Positions 53,625 to 64,000 of a stretch of DNA of 64,000 bases are shown here, in pieces. The notes beneath the pieces were generated by a model, which saw nothing but the letters and a program-made list of their open reading frames with translations, was not told the origin of the DNA and ran no database searches. The DNA is from Raillietiella orientalis (lineage: Eukaryota). The translations under genes and the position numbers were made by a program. The stretch lies in contig JAYWIR010000008.1 in NCBI GenBank assembly GCA_036172245.1, positions 1,798,001-1,862,000 on the forward strand, in the 5' to 3' direction. The first letter of the stretch is position 1. Each line of letters starts with the position of its first letter.

Positions 53625-54070
53625 TGGAAGATGCTACTCCATCCGCCGATTGAAGACGGAAATGGAAGGGAACTGGAACGCGCTTTCCTCCAAGGAGATC
53701 ATCTCTGGACTCGACTCCCGTCTACGTCCGGATCTGGTACTGCTTATGGGGAGTGGAGTGGCGTGGTAGGAATGACCATCCTGGACGTTACCTGCTCTTT
53801 CGAGAGCACTTCGGCAGGGTTCAACAAGGAAGGAGAACAAATACGAAGATCTCGCTTCCTCTCTGCCGACGATAGGTGTTCAGGTATTGGTCTTCCGAGC
53901 CCCATTCCTGGTTCTTTAGGATCCTGCACCTAAATTCCCCAAAACAAGGGCCAAAAGGAGAACTGAAGATCCCGCAGCTACACCTCAACGAAATGGGGTG
54001 CCTTCTGACTGTCCGTAACATCCCACATAGTCACAATACCCTCTGGTCCCACGGACACCTTCCCCACGCG
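53625..54070 (+). mobile_element. C-terminal restriction-like endonuclease (PD-D/ExK) domain of a NeSL/Utopia/R2-group non-LTR retrotransposon, frameshifted
   Basis: RCYSIRRLK (RHNxI-like)...LRPDLVL (RPD at 53725)...ILDVTCSFE (D at 53784)...KENKYEDLASSL..IG (53830)...GSLGS, then an ELKIPQLHL...IPHSHNTLWSH tail, all in canonical order. Confidence 0.8.
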
Positions 54071-54719
54071 AAGGAAGCGCCCACAACATCGACTTCCAAG
54101 AAGGAATGGTACAGACTGATGCGGATGCGGTAGGAGGATTTTCATGCGACAGAATAAAAGAAAATAGATGGGGCAAGGAAATGGTCCCTAGAATGTGAGG
54201 CTGCCAAAACCCCTTCATCCGACGTGATGCCTCCGCTCGCAGTCTCCTCTCCTCGTTCCCTCTCCCCTCAGCTGTTCAACGCTGCAGGCCGCTTGGGATC
54301 GCCGCGTTACGGCCGGTGACCCAGCCGTTGATCCCAATGGATGTCGAGGGAGATGCGAATGCTAAATACACTCTCTCTTTCCCTGTGTCCCGCGCTCGAG
54401 TTTCCTCAACACCGCCCCGCCCCCCGGATCCTGCAGAGAGCATATGCCTACGTTGAAACTCCTGCAGACGAGATACGGAGGTCCCTGCTCTCTTCGCGTT
54501 CTCCCGAAGCCTCCGGAGCAAAGGACAGGAGACATGTCAAGGGTGACGGGTCCTCCCCGCCTGGCAGCACCGGCTCCGGTCGGAGTCGATCTCAGGGCGG
54601 CGGCTAATTGCGAGCTGCCTTCCAGTCCCGGGGCGAGGGATCCGATCGCCTACGCGATGATCGCGGCCGAGATTTCCCCCGCGCTGCGCATCTGGGACCT
54701 ACCCGTGACACGCCATTCC

Positions 54720-56460
54720 TGGTGGGTGGGTGGTTTGTGTGGGTGTATATCAAATATTGCGCTAAGTAGATAAAGCGGCGGTCCCCAGGCTGGTATGCCC
54801 TCCGCTGGTAAGTAAGACTCGCGATGCTGCTTCCAGGAGAGGAACAGGGCCTTTCCTAGATGGAGGTGTTGAATCACCGGGGGAATCCAGGCCTCGTTGC
54901 TCTGCAGTGAGCCGAGGTCGACAGCGATTTCTCTCCCGTTTCGATCGAAAGTTCATCAGACAAGCCATTTGGTCCTCCACCATCCGCCGTGTGACAACAG
55001 TTTGGCTGATGCTACCCTTCACATCGAATTTCTTACACGTATCTCATTGGCACTCGAAGGTGCCATGAAAGAGTTACCCAGACAGAGACAAAAAGAGATC
55101 AGCTACCTTAGAGGTGGCACGTCCTCTGTGATTGTGGTGTCCCGTAATTTGCAGAGACAATCGGAAAGTCTTCTCGAGGAAGGTCACTGCAGCGCCCCAC
55201 AGGAGGAGACAAAGGAACCCCCACCACGACCTCCACACGACCTTCTCCAAGAAGGGATAGATAGCATCACCGCAGTCCAAACGCATATCGCGCTGAGGAT
55301 CAGCGCTGCGTACCTTCCGCAGAAGCAGAATGCGGCGACGGCGTAGTGCTGCTTCCAGATGCAGGATAGCGATCCGTGTGCTACTCTCTACTCTGAGGAA
55401 GTCTCGACGGTACCCTCTGAGGACCTTCTCTGCTCCTGGTTGCTCTTCCGCGCCCTTCAGCAATAAGAAGGAAGTCCTCATCTTCCGTCGCGCCAACCAT
55501 GCCTTCTCCAGCAGGATGCACGCCTTCGACAGGCTGGAAGCTACTGAACTCGCGACCATCCAGAACGTTTCCGAGGAAACCTTATGAGTGAGCAGATTTC
55601 CTGCTTAACTCTGCATCCGTTTTCCTCAAGTCAGGTGCATTTGGCAAGTTTTCAGCCTCCTCAGCTGGATGCAAGGCTGTCAGATTGTCTTGTTCCCGAC
55701 AGAGAGTACTGACATCCACCTCTTGGTTTAGAATTGGATTGACACCTCCGCATCTCCTTTCAGAGAAAGATTGTGAGTATCCAAAGCGCTACTCGGAGTG
55801 GATTAGCTTCCATCTCGAGTTCTTGCAGCTGTTTTAGACTTCGTGCGTTTTCCGTATGACCTTCTCATCGCAGATCCACTCGTAATGCCCCTAGCCAAGT
55901 ATCTTGGAACTCATATGGGCTGCCCCACTTCCTAATCCACCTAATGGAGAGCTTTGTGCCTGTGCCCTGGCCCAGATTTTCCGTTAGTTCCAGAACCCTC
56001 TCTGGTGCTTTCCTAGAAGAATACGGACGGGTACCAAACCATGCTGTAGCCGGAGTTGGTCTCCCCTGGGTGCCGGACTAGGATCAAATCTCGTTCTGTT
56101 TCCTTTCCTGTTCCAGAAACCGAAGGGATTCAATTAGCAGGAGTCTCTTGGATCAGTGACCTCTCCGAATGGATGGACCACGAGTTGAATCCCCCGAAGT
56201 ATCTTGATGCGTGAGTAGTGGCTCGGAAGAATGTGCGAGCGACGGAGTAGTAAGAATGAGGCTAGGCAGAGTGCAGCCGAAAAGGGGAAATCCATGACAC
56301 AGATCATCGAGAATGGCAGCGGAGTAAGGGTTGGGCAGGAAGAAATCGCTACCTTTTCCTGGATTTCCTCTCCGACAAGGACGTGCAGGGTGCCGTGGAT
56401 CGTCTCCTGGGAAAAGCAAGAGAGGCTGGCACCTGCTCCCGAGTGCAAATTGAAGCGCTC
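54720..56460 (-). mobile_element. Decayed L1-type LINE 3' part (second subfamily)
   Basis: VWYP...REGSG...LSIRWIRKW (W..EGGLG...W-like), MRLDCGDA...VVW (zf-RVT end), ILLEKAWLARRK. Confidence 0.55.
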
Positions 56461-56799
56461 AAGCTGACCATCAATAAATAAAGAGCAAGGAGCCCCTCGA
56501 GGAAGGGGTGCTCAATTCTTTTTCACGATTGCCGAGCTCCTGGTGGCGACTTTGAGAGACGAGAGCCACTGCAGATAAAATACAGTCGCTTCTGATCTCG
56601 AAATCAGGAAAACGGACAACTCGCAGATCGAAAGAATCCTGAATTAAGAAGCCGTGAAAACGACATTTTTTCATCGGAACCATGGCAACGGTTTTTTTTT
56701 TTTAGAACGGGCGCGAAACAAATGGAATCGGTTTTCTGCTACCGAAGCCAGCGCGAGCACAGCTGACAAATAACTCGGGACAAGGAAAGCGTTTGCAGA

Positions 56800-58600
56800 A
56801 CGCAATAAAAAGCAAGAGTTAGCGATAGAGAGACGTCTTTATGTGACTCCTAGACAATGATATTCTCCTCCTGTATTGCTCCCTGAAGACTTCCAGTTTC
56901 CAATAGAGACTGCTTTGATGACGTCTCCTCCACCTCAGCACAGCCCGCTCCTCATGGAAACTTTATCCAAAGCACCCAGCGAAGCGTAATATTTTTTTAT
57001 CAGAGAGGACGTGTGAGGCGCAGCGTGGCAGCAGCTGCCTGCAGAGGACCGGGATGAAGGGCGATGCGACTTCAAGGAAGGTCAAAGCACCGGAATGCCC
57101 TTCCCTCGTTTCATTCTTCAGCAAAGAAAAAGCAAGCCGAAAATTTCTGGAAGGTAGGGCCATTTGTTTAATGCAATTTCACAGCCTTGGAAGTGAGGTC
57201 CCGGCGCCACTTTACCACCGCAAAAGAGCTGGTGCTCCGTGGCCGCGTTTCCATGAGTCCAATGGGCGTGTTGCAATTCCGAGGCACAGTGTACGGGAGC
57301 GTGGTTTTCCAGCCAAGCGTGGCGATGAGGGCAGTCACTGTAATGAGCGCTCTAAGTGTACGGAAAGCCACCAGTGAGGGTGTCGACCGCGTGTGAGGGA
57401 TGGACGGGTGTTTTCGAACCGGCCCCAGTGATTGTTTCTTGCGGTATTCGGGGCAAGTTTCGTGTGATTATGAAACACTAATGGCGCTGGTAAGTCGACG
57501 AAATGGAATCGACAACTTTGTTGGCTTTCGTGATTGCCCCTGGCTTCGTTCTTCTTGGTAGCGCAGTTGGACGTTAATGGCAGAAAAAAAATAAATAAAT
57601 AAAAGTTTCACGAAAAGATTGCTTACAAGAGTTTCATCCTCTCTTCTTGAAATGCGAAGTCCCTTCTCCCGATGGTTTCTCTGCTCTGGGAGGGCCGAGG
57701 CATTGTCCTAATCCTCACAGAATGTGCCTGTGGAACACTCTCACTGCATGACCTCAAACACTCCAAAAATGCACTGAAAGACGTTCCCTGTAATGTGAAG
57801 TGTGTCTCGGAATTCCTGCGAGCTCATTACCATAGAGATTTCTTCATTGGGAGTGCCTTACCTGAACTCTCTTTATCGGGCACTTTGTTTCATCCATCTT
57901 GTGTATGCAAATGCTCGTCCATGCTCGCACTTGAAGCTGAGGCAGACATCCGAACCACCATTCTTTCGGATCGCGACCTTTCCGTCTATAAATTGCATAT
58001 TTTTTTTGATCCTACGGAACACACAGCCAGATGAAGTTGCATCTTGAGATCGGAGGAAGCCAAGCAACTCAAGCACTTGAGCCCTCTTATGCCAACCCTG
58101 GAATCCAGTTATTGGGGCAGCTCCGTTGCGAGATGACTGCTTTGCTGGAAAATGAATTCCTTCAGGAATCAAAGCCAACTTAAAGAGATCCATAGATCAT
58201 GAGAGAGGAGGGTGGATCCATCAAAAGGACAATCGTTGAAAGCGGATTTCATGGTTCAGGAGATCACCTAGCACAGCAAATCGAATACAGAAAGGAAGAA
58301 GCCTCTCCGGCTTTGATTTGCACACTGCACAAGAAGTTCTCACAATGCAGTGGTCGCTTCAAACGGAGGTTCCAGAAAAGTTCCGGAGAAAGAGATAACG
58401 CTTAGGAAGAACGCGTTCTGAAATCTTCTTCCCACCAGAATGAGGTATGGTCAGCTCAGTGGATGTCCTAGAGCTTTTTGCCCCGTTAAGGCTCGGCGAG
58501 GTCTTCGCTTGAGACTCCACCGCTTTCCTGCTCGAGTCTCGTGCAGAGTTCGCGCGAGGATGCGCCTTTCCTCCGACTTCGCCTGACTCCTCCGTTTCCT
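56800..58600 (-). pseudogene. Decayed PLS-class PPR gene
   Basis: SVFDLLC*VIS*TMKSAF (cf. VFDxMxxxDVISWTxMISA), MDLFKLALIPEGIHF (cf. MDLEGxxPxxITF), TVTALIATLG, ETRPRSTSSFAVV...AVKLH, FRLAFSLLK..REG; T12 at 56692-56703. Confidence 0.65.
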
Positions 58601-58704
58601 GCATCTCGAGATTCAGCTCTTCATGACGGCAAGTCGATGCCTTTCTTGCTCTCCGGTTTTTCCTTTTTTTGCTTTGGTTCGTTAAGTAGCGAAGAACCGC
58701 TTTC

Positions 58705-58997
58705 CTCCTTAGGAGGGGAGGCTTTAGTTATTCCTTGGGGTTTCTTCCTTAAGAGGGGGGTCGTTGTGGCACCCTTCCTTGGATGCCTTTGTAGCACCCT
58801 TCCTTAGAAGGATGGTCTTTTTGGTACCCCTCCTTTGTGGGCTTTGTATCATCCTTCCTTAGGAGGGGAGTCCTTGTGATATCCTTCTCGTTGGGGAGCT
58901 TCTTGTGACACCCTTTTTTAGGAGAAGAAGCTTTGTGGTACCTCTCCCCTTTGGGAGCTTTGCAGCACCCTTTCTTAGGAGGAAGGTATCACAAAGC
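58705..58997. repeat. Minisatellite, about 9 degenerate 24-31-nt units (ctttgtggcacccttccttaggaggggag-like), last unit inverted
   Basis: Units read directly from the sequence. 58981-58997 (ggaaggtatcacaaagc) is the reverse complement of a unit. Confidence 0.75.
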
Positions 58998-58998
58998 T

Positions 58999-59720
58999 CT
59001 TTAAACACTGCTTGCTCAACCCAAGGGTCCGTGTAACTCTTCAAGTTAATAGGTATCCTTGAAGGGGACCACCCTATGAATCCTGGAGGCTACGGAGGAA
59101 GGAGTCCGTTCTTTTTACTCTTGAGAGGGAACCCGTATTCTCTCCGGAGGGAACCCTCCATCCTGTAGGGGCCGCTCCTCGTTTCTTCTTCAAAGGGGAA
59201 GCCGGTGAGGATCCTCTCCTAAACTTCTTCTTCAGATGGCACTTGCAAGGGAACCGCTCCTTGTTTCCCCCTCTCTGAAGGGAATCCCGAAGAGAAGCTC
59301 CCCGAAAAGGGTCTCGCGCTTCTTCACACTCTGGATAGGCAACCCCACCGAAGGGAGTATCAACCAGCTCCATTGTACGCGAAGAAAACACCTTCTATCC
59401 GAGGAGGGAGGAAGGCTCCATTTTCAGAACCGGAGGAGAGCCCCGGAACGTCAATTTCCGACTCCGGACACTTAACGGGAGCACCCGGGTCTTTCCGGCT
59501 TCCTCCAGTGTCGCACCTGGATAGACGAGCCAGCGCCATCCTGCGAAGGGAGGGACTTTGAACCCATGAGGCACCCCTCGTTTCTCGGCGTCGATTTTCC
59601 AGTCGGGGATTCGAACCCGCAGAGCTTGGCACCATGCGCAAAGACCGCAGTCATGCGGCCTCCAACGTGGGCCGTTTCAGGAGCATCACAGAGTCATCAC
59701 CGTGCTCGGGCTACTGATCG
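58999..59720 (-). mobile_element. Copy C (longest) of the SINE-like repeat with Pol III B-box-like head
   Basis: Homology to copies A and B; GGTTCGAATCC at 59617-59607, a second GGTTCAAAGTCC near 59564, and an A-box-like TAGCCCGAGCACGG near 59713. Confidence 0.6.
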
Positions 59721-59859
59721 TGGTATCCAAACACGCTGGAGACATGCTGGGATTTTTAGGTGGGGGAAGGGAAAAAGAAAGTCTCTAGCCATCATGGCGT
59801 CATCGCAGTGACAAAAAATCTAGGATTCATCTTCAGACAATGCTGCTTGCAGACCGACG

Positions 59860-60760
59860 CGCCTTTTTTTTTGCTACCCAGGATCCTTAAAGTCTACTGA
59901 CCATTGCAACCAAAACCGAAGGGAGGAGGTAGGTGAGAACACCGGAAAAAGACAATAGGCAGTATCGCATTACTGCCTACCGATCTAGGAAATCCTGAAC
60001 TATGGAATAAGACGAGCACAGCACAGTGGATGTACTTTGGAAACCTGAATCCAGTTATCCACCATGCAGTAGGGGGATTTCCTAGGAAACATCAATCTGG
60101 TATTCACTCTATCTTTTGCATAGCCTCAGGAAGGCCCCTGTAGGGGAGGTAGCTGAAGACAGTGGCTCTTCCACACCATCAGTCCCAGTGCTGTTGCCTC
60201 CTAGGAGAAGAGATGATAACCAGGTTTCGGGAACCAGGGGAAGGGTTCCACCTGCACTATGGTGGGCATAAGAAAACCCTTCGACTAGTGAGCGACGTCT
60301 ATCTGGCAATGCTGCAAAGCAGAGGACAAGGGAGCTAGGACTACTGCTCTGAACCGCTCCACTAGGTCTGCCTCCAGAAGGAAATTGCTGTCCTGACTTG
60401 CGTCTTGGCAGTTCCGTCCTCTGTCTTCGTATGCAACAGATGGCGGCGCTCTTCCTGAGCTGGAGCTGACGTTCAACAAGCGCCGCCTGAAAGGCGGACG
60501 AGTTTCTTTGAGCTCTGCAAGCTGTTGGTGCCTGTACCCATTCCCCGCTGGGTCGTGGCACCATTCCTTTGGGTTGGAAACGCGTGGCAGACACCATACA
60601 TGGTCGCAAACCTCACAAAGTGTTCCCTTGCCCTAGATGCACTTTTGTCCTGTGCTGCATTCGCATTCGCATAGTCAAGGCAGCTCGCTTGCGGAGGAGC
60701 TCCGCCGACGGAAGAGAGTGGCCACCCTCGTCTTAGCCGTCTTCATGGTATAGAGAGCGG
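59860..60760 (-). mobile_element. LINE 3' fragment with short poly(A)
   Basis: LRKSAAICCIRR matches LKKGATICCIRA of the 45.5 kb copy; T-run at ~59864-59872. Confidence 0.55.
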
Positions 60761-61079
60761 TGAGGAGCCCTTATGCAAATGAAGCAGCGAGAAAGGGGAT
60801 CGCCTGCATTGATCACAAGTACCCCGAGGACCACAATTACAGGAGCTCTCTAACCCCTTCCTTTCCTCATTTTTTATTAATGTCTACACGCTGTTCTTTC
60901 CTTTCTGTACTTCGAGCCTCTTTCTCCTGACCAACTGCGCGCCAGAAATTCCCACTATCCGTGCGTTCCTTTGCCGGAGGTGCACAAGAATACGTTGATA
61001 CGGAGGATACTGCAGAACAATTTTTTTAAAAAAAAAAAAAAAAAGACTTGACCTCATCCTCCTGGCTTGCCGGACCATT

Positions 61080-61480
61080 TATTCATAATAAATAAGTGAA
61101 ATTTGCCCAGTAAGGAAGGAATCGACATGTATCAGCTCTAAAGGAGACCCACGAAGAACCTAACTGGGCACAGAACTAGAAGGAGTGAAAGGAGTGAAGG
61201 GAAGGCAAATAAATGAGGGACGGGACGAGTCGGCCACCCAGTACTAAACACGATTCCCGAGGGCCAGCGTCTTATGAGAGGGGGGAGAAATGAGAGGGGG
61301 GAGGTGGACCCACTGGCATCAAGTTATTCTCGTACTCATCCAAAGATTTCCATACATCTTCCATCCCGGTGGACCATTTCCTTGTTATCTTCACGTAAGA
61401 GATGGCGATTGAGAAAGACTCCACAGGATGGCATCCACATCCTTTCTCAATCTTGGCGAGGATGATCAGGAGGAAAATTT
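61080..61480 (-). mobile_element. Short LINE 3' end (C-terminus plus 3' UTR)
   Basis: AISYVKITRKWST resembles ATAFVRIAARWTQ; UTR homologous to 35945-36100. Confidence 0.55.
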
Positions 61481-61733
61481 ATTGCTTCTCTCCTTCCACG
61501 CTTCTCTTCCTCCTCCTCCCTGCTCCCCTTAAGGCTTGGTCCACTTTTGTTCCTCTCCGGCACATGTCCATCCCGTTCATAGCACAAAACTTTATTTATC
61601 CATAGATGAATAAATACATAAAATTGGTATGACAATTTAGGATGACAAGGTGAGAGCTCAAAAGAAACCTCTCACTTGAGGACGGGATCTGGAGCTGGAG
61701 ATGCGAGCTCAGAGCACTCATGGAATGAATCAG

Positions 61734-61774
61734 AGATGAAGACGATGCTGCATTTGGCAGCATCGTCTTCATCT
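61734..61774. repeat. Perfect 18-bp inverted repeat, 5-nt loop
   Basis: agatgaagacgatgctgc-atttg-gcagcatcgtcttcatct. Confidence 0.95.
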
Positions 61775-62089
61775 TCACCGTACGAGCGGATAATGATGGA
61801 CGTTGCCTCAGCGTGCAAGTGCCGAGGTGTACAGCTGAGGCGGAAGATCCGAGGGCCGAAGACAAATGAGACCGAGACGCCGGCTACTCTGGATGGAGGA
61901 ACTTACTCGAGTCCCCGGACTGATTTGGGATCTCGGAGCAGTAGCGCATCTCTCGTGTCAATAAAATGAGAGGCAAACAAACTCTTGAAGCAGATGGTAA
62001 TGAATCCGTACATGGAAACGAGAGAATTATTGAGAGATTGGCTTCTCGGACGCAGTTTGGATCTTTTTTTTTTTTTTTTTTTACCGCAC

Positions 62090-64000
62090 TCCCACGCAGC
62101 ATTTACTTTTCCCTGCAAGACGAGATGTGCTCGAAAATTTTCGCAGTCATGACGAGCGTTCTTCCCTGAGGAAGTCCTCCCGTTCCCATCGAGATGTTCC
62201 CCACCGAATTTGAGGCAGTCGATTGCGCCATCGGATGGCAGATCACCACTCGATGATAGAGAGAAATTGGCAACCGCGAGATCAAAGAGATGAGTACCCA
62301 TTTTGCTTACAGACTTTCTTTTGCTTGAAAAGCAGGCAGTCAGGCAAAAGAAAGAGATCAAGAGCTCTTGAGCCACAAACCGATCCTGTAATGAATTTTC
62401 AAATTAGTTCTTTGTGTCACGCTGCTTCCGGATGCTTCCTGAAGAAGGCAATTTAAGAGCCTCCATTAATTTGAATGCGCGTTGCCGAACATCCGGAGGC
62501 AGGATGGTGTTCTCGGAAACCAAGGGAGAGGATGCTGTGTTTACTCAGCGTGAGACAGCGGACGCAGTCATGCAACGCGCGGGTTGCATCTCTGGTAGTT
62601 GCTCCAGAGCTACACGCCGTAGCCCCATCGCAAGTCCCATTAATCATGGGATCGAGCCATCGCAAGGATTTTCGAGGATTCCCCCGATGCGCCTCGAGTT
62701 GGTGCTGGCAGCGAGTGGAGGAGGCGTCGGGAATTCCTCTGCGAGTAGCAGGGATGCGGGATTGCCCTTCAGGAGCACTCCCCCGCATCTCAATCGCGGA
62801 TGCAGAACAACGCCGGCACTTTTCCCATTTACCTCGGGAGATTTCGAAAAAGGGGACTTTGGGCTCTGAAAGAGTTCCTCTGCCGTTTTCGGAAAATAAC
62901 GCTCGATTCCATATTCCCAGATCTGTTATTTTGCTCCAATCGATAGAAAGAAAAGTTGCTCTGGATGCTACCAGGGATCACATTATATGCCGTGGCACAT
63001 TTAAGAATCCCAAGGGGCGACTTCCATAATGGAAAAACGTGAGGGTTCGACGCCACCGGGAGGAACTGGAACTTCTTTCGTAATCGAGGAAAATTTTGGT
63101 GAATTCGATCAATCAGCGGCTTGAGGTGAACAGTCGATAATTGCTGACCCAGTCGATTTTCTGGATCTCCTCTGCAATCATGTGGGAGGATGGCTGGTCC
63201 CACACGGAACCAAAACAAAGCTTGACATAGGTAAGTTGGTCTGTGTAAGACGAATTAGGTGAGATAGGTTGGGTTATTGTTTGATTGCTTAGGTCGGGTA
63301 GGTTAATTTTCGGCTAGTTTACGCGACAATCAGGAGCCCTGGGTGACCGCAGGTGAGTTGCAGATTGACCCAAGGCATTTTTTTTTCTCAATTGGATGAA
63401 AGAGGGTTGGAGGCAATTGAGACATCTAAAGGGGAAGTGGGTCTTTCGACGGTGAAAGGTCGACGGAATCTGTGAGGAAGAATGCTTTTTCGAACAAGCG
63501 CTGCTGAAAATTTAGAATCGAGACGAGGATGCAAAGGCTCTGCTGCAAAATCTATTGCAAGCTGGGTTGAGCTGCGCGGTGCCCGATGCTTAGAGCCTTC
63601 GTGGTACAGTCGGAAACCAGAGATGCGGCAAAGAGACAAGAACTTTGTAGACAGTCTCCCCGTTTTAGAAACAATGCTATTTCTCAGCTTCCACCGTTTG
63701 CTCTACCTCTTGCTACTTTATTGCTGGTGGATGAAGAAGAGTCTTCGATAGGAGTTCGATGTTCCCTGTTGAGCGGTTCAGCGCCAGGATTCCAACCCGC
63801 AGCTTTCTGGCGTGCTTCAAAAGATTCCCTTTATTGGTCCAAGTCCGTTTTCACAATTTCCGGCATTCCACGGATCTAGAGTTCGACTTCTCTATTCACA
63901 CAATCGACCTTGTAGAGCTGCTCTTGGTCTTTTGAATGTGTTCCAAGCAATATGTCCAGTAGATCTCCAGTGTTGGATGCATGACGATGCCATCATCGCT
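62090..64000 (+). pseudogene. Decayed PLS-class PPR gene (runs off window end)
   Basis: FRMLPEEG, QSCNARVA, FEQALLKI*NRDEDAKALLQNL, NQRCGKETRTL (cf. QNGHGKEALxL), RRVFDR, TDLE...MCS. Confidence 0.6.

Noticed and set aside
59550..59720. tRNA gene
   Set aside because: Only B-box-like motifs; no cloverleaf can be folded. Treated as a SINE-like head.
61600..63220. Possible spliced minus-strand gene with phase-compatible pieces
   Set aside because: Needs a weak GAG acceptor, gives no recognisable product, and overlaps a plus-strand PPR relic; cannot be supported without transcripts.

Overview
Eukaryotic nuclear DNA, most likely a seed-free land plant. A 59-nt intron and PLS-PPR relics with MDLEG/RDRFLGN-like motifs point to a Selaginella-like lycophyte or possibly a hornwort; this is inference. 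The only gene I can assemble intact is a small 3-exon tandem C2H2 zinc-finger gene (972-7592, 133 aa) whose second intron is about 6.2 kb. Almost everything else is debris of two kinds: (1) about 15 heavily decayed, apparently intronless PLS-class pentatricopeptide-repeat (organellar RNA-editing factor) segments on both strands, roughly 40% of the window by eye; (2) about 14 decayed L1/Tx1-type LINE fragments, roughly a quarter of the window, some arranged tail-to-tail. Also present: a C-terminal fragment of a restriction-like-endonuclease (NeSL/Utopia/R2-group) non-LTR retrotransposon, three copies of a SINE-like element with internal tandem repeats, a minisatellite, and several unusually perfect hairpins. 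Most ORFs in the supplied track are chance frames through these relics. Relic boundaries were set by manual translation and are approximate (about +/-100-200 bp).
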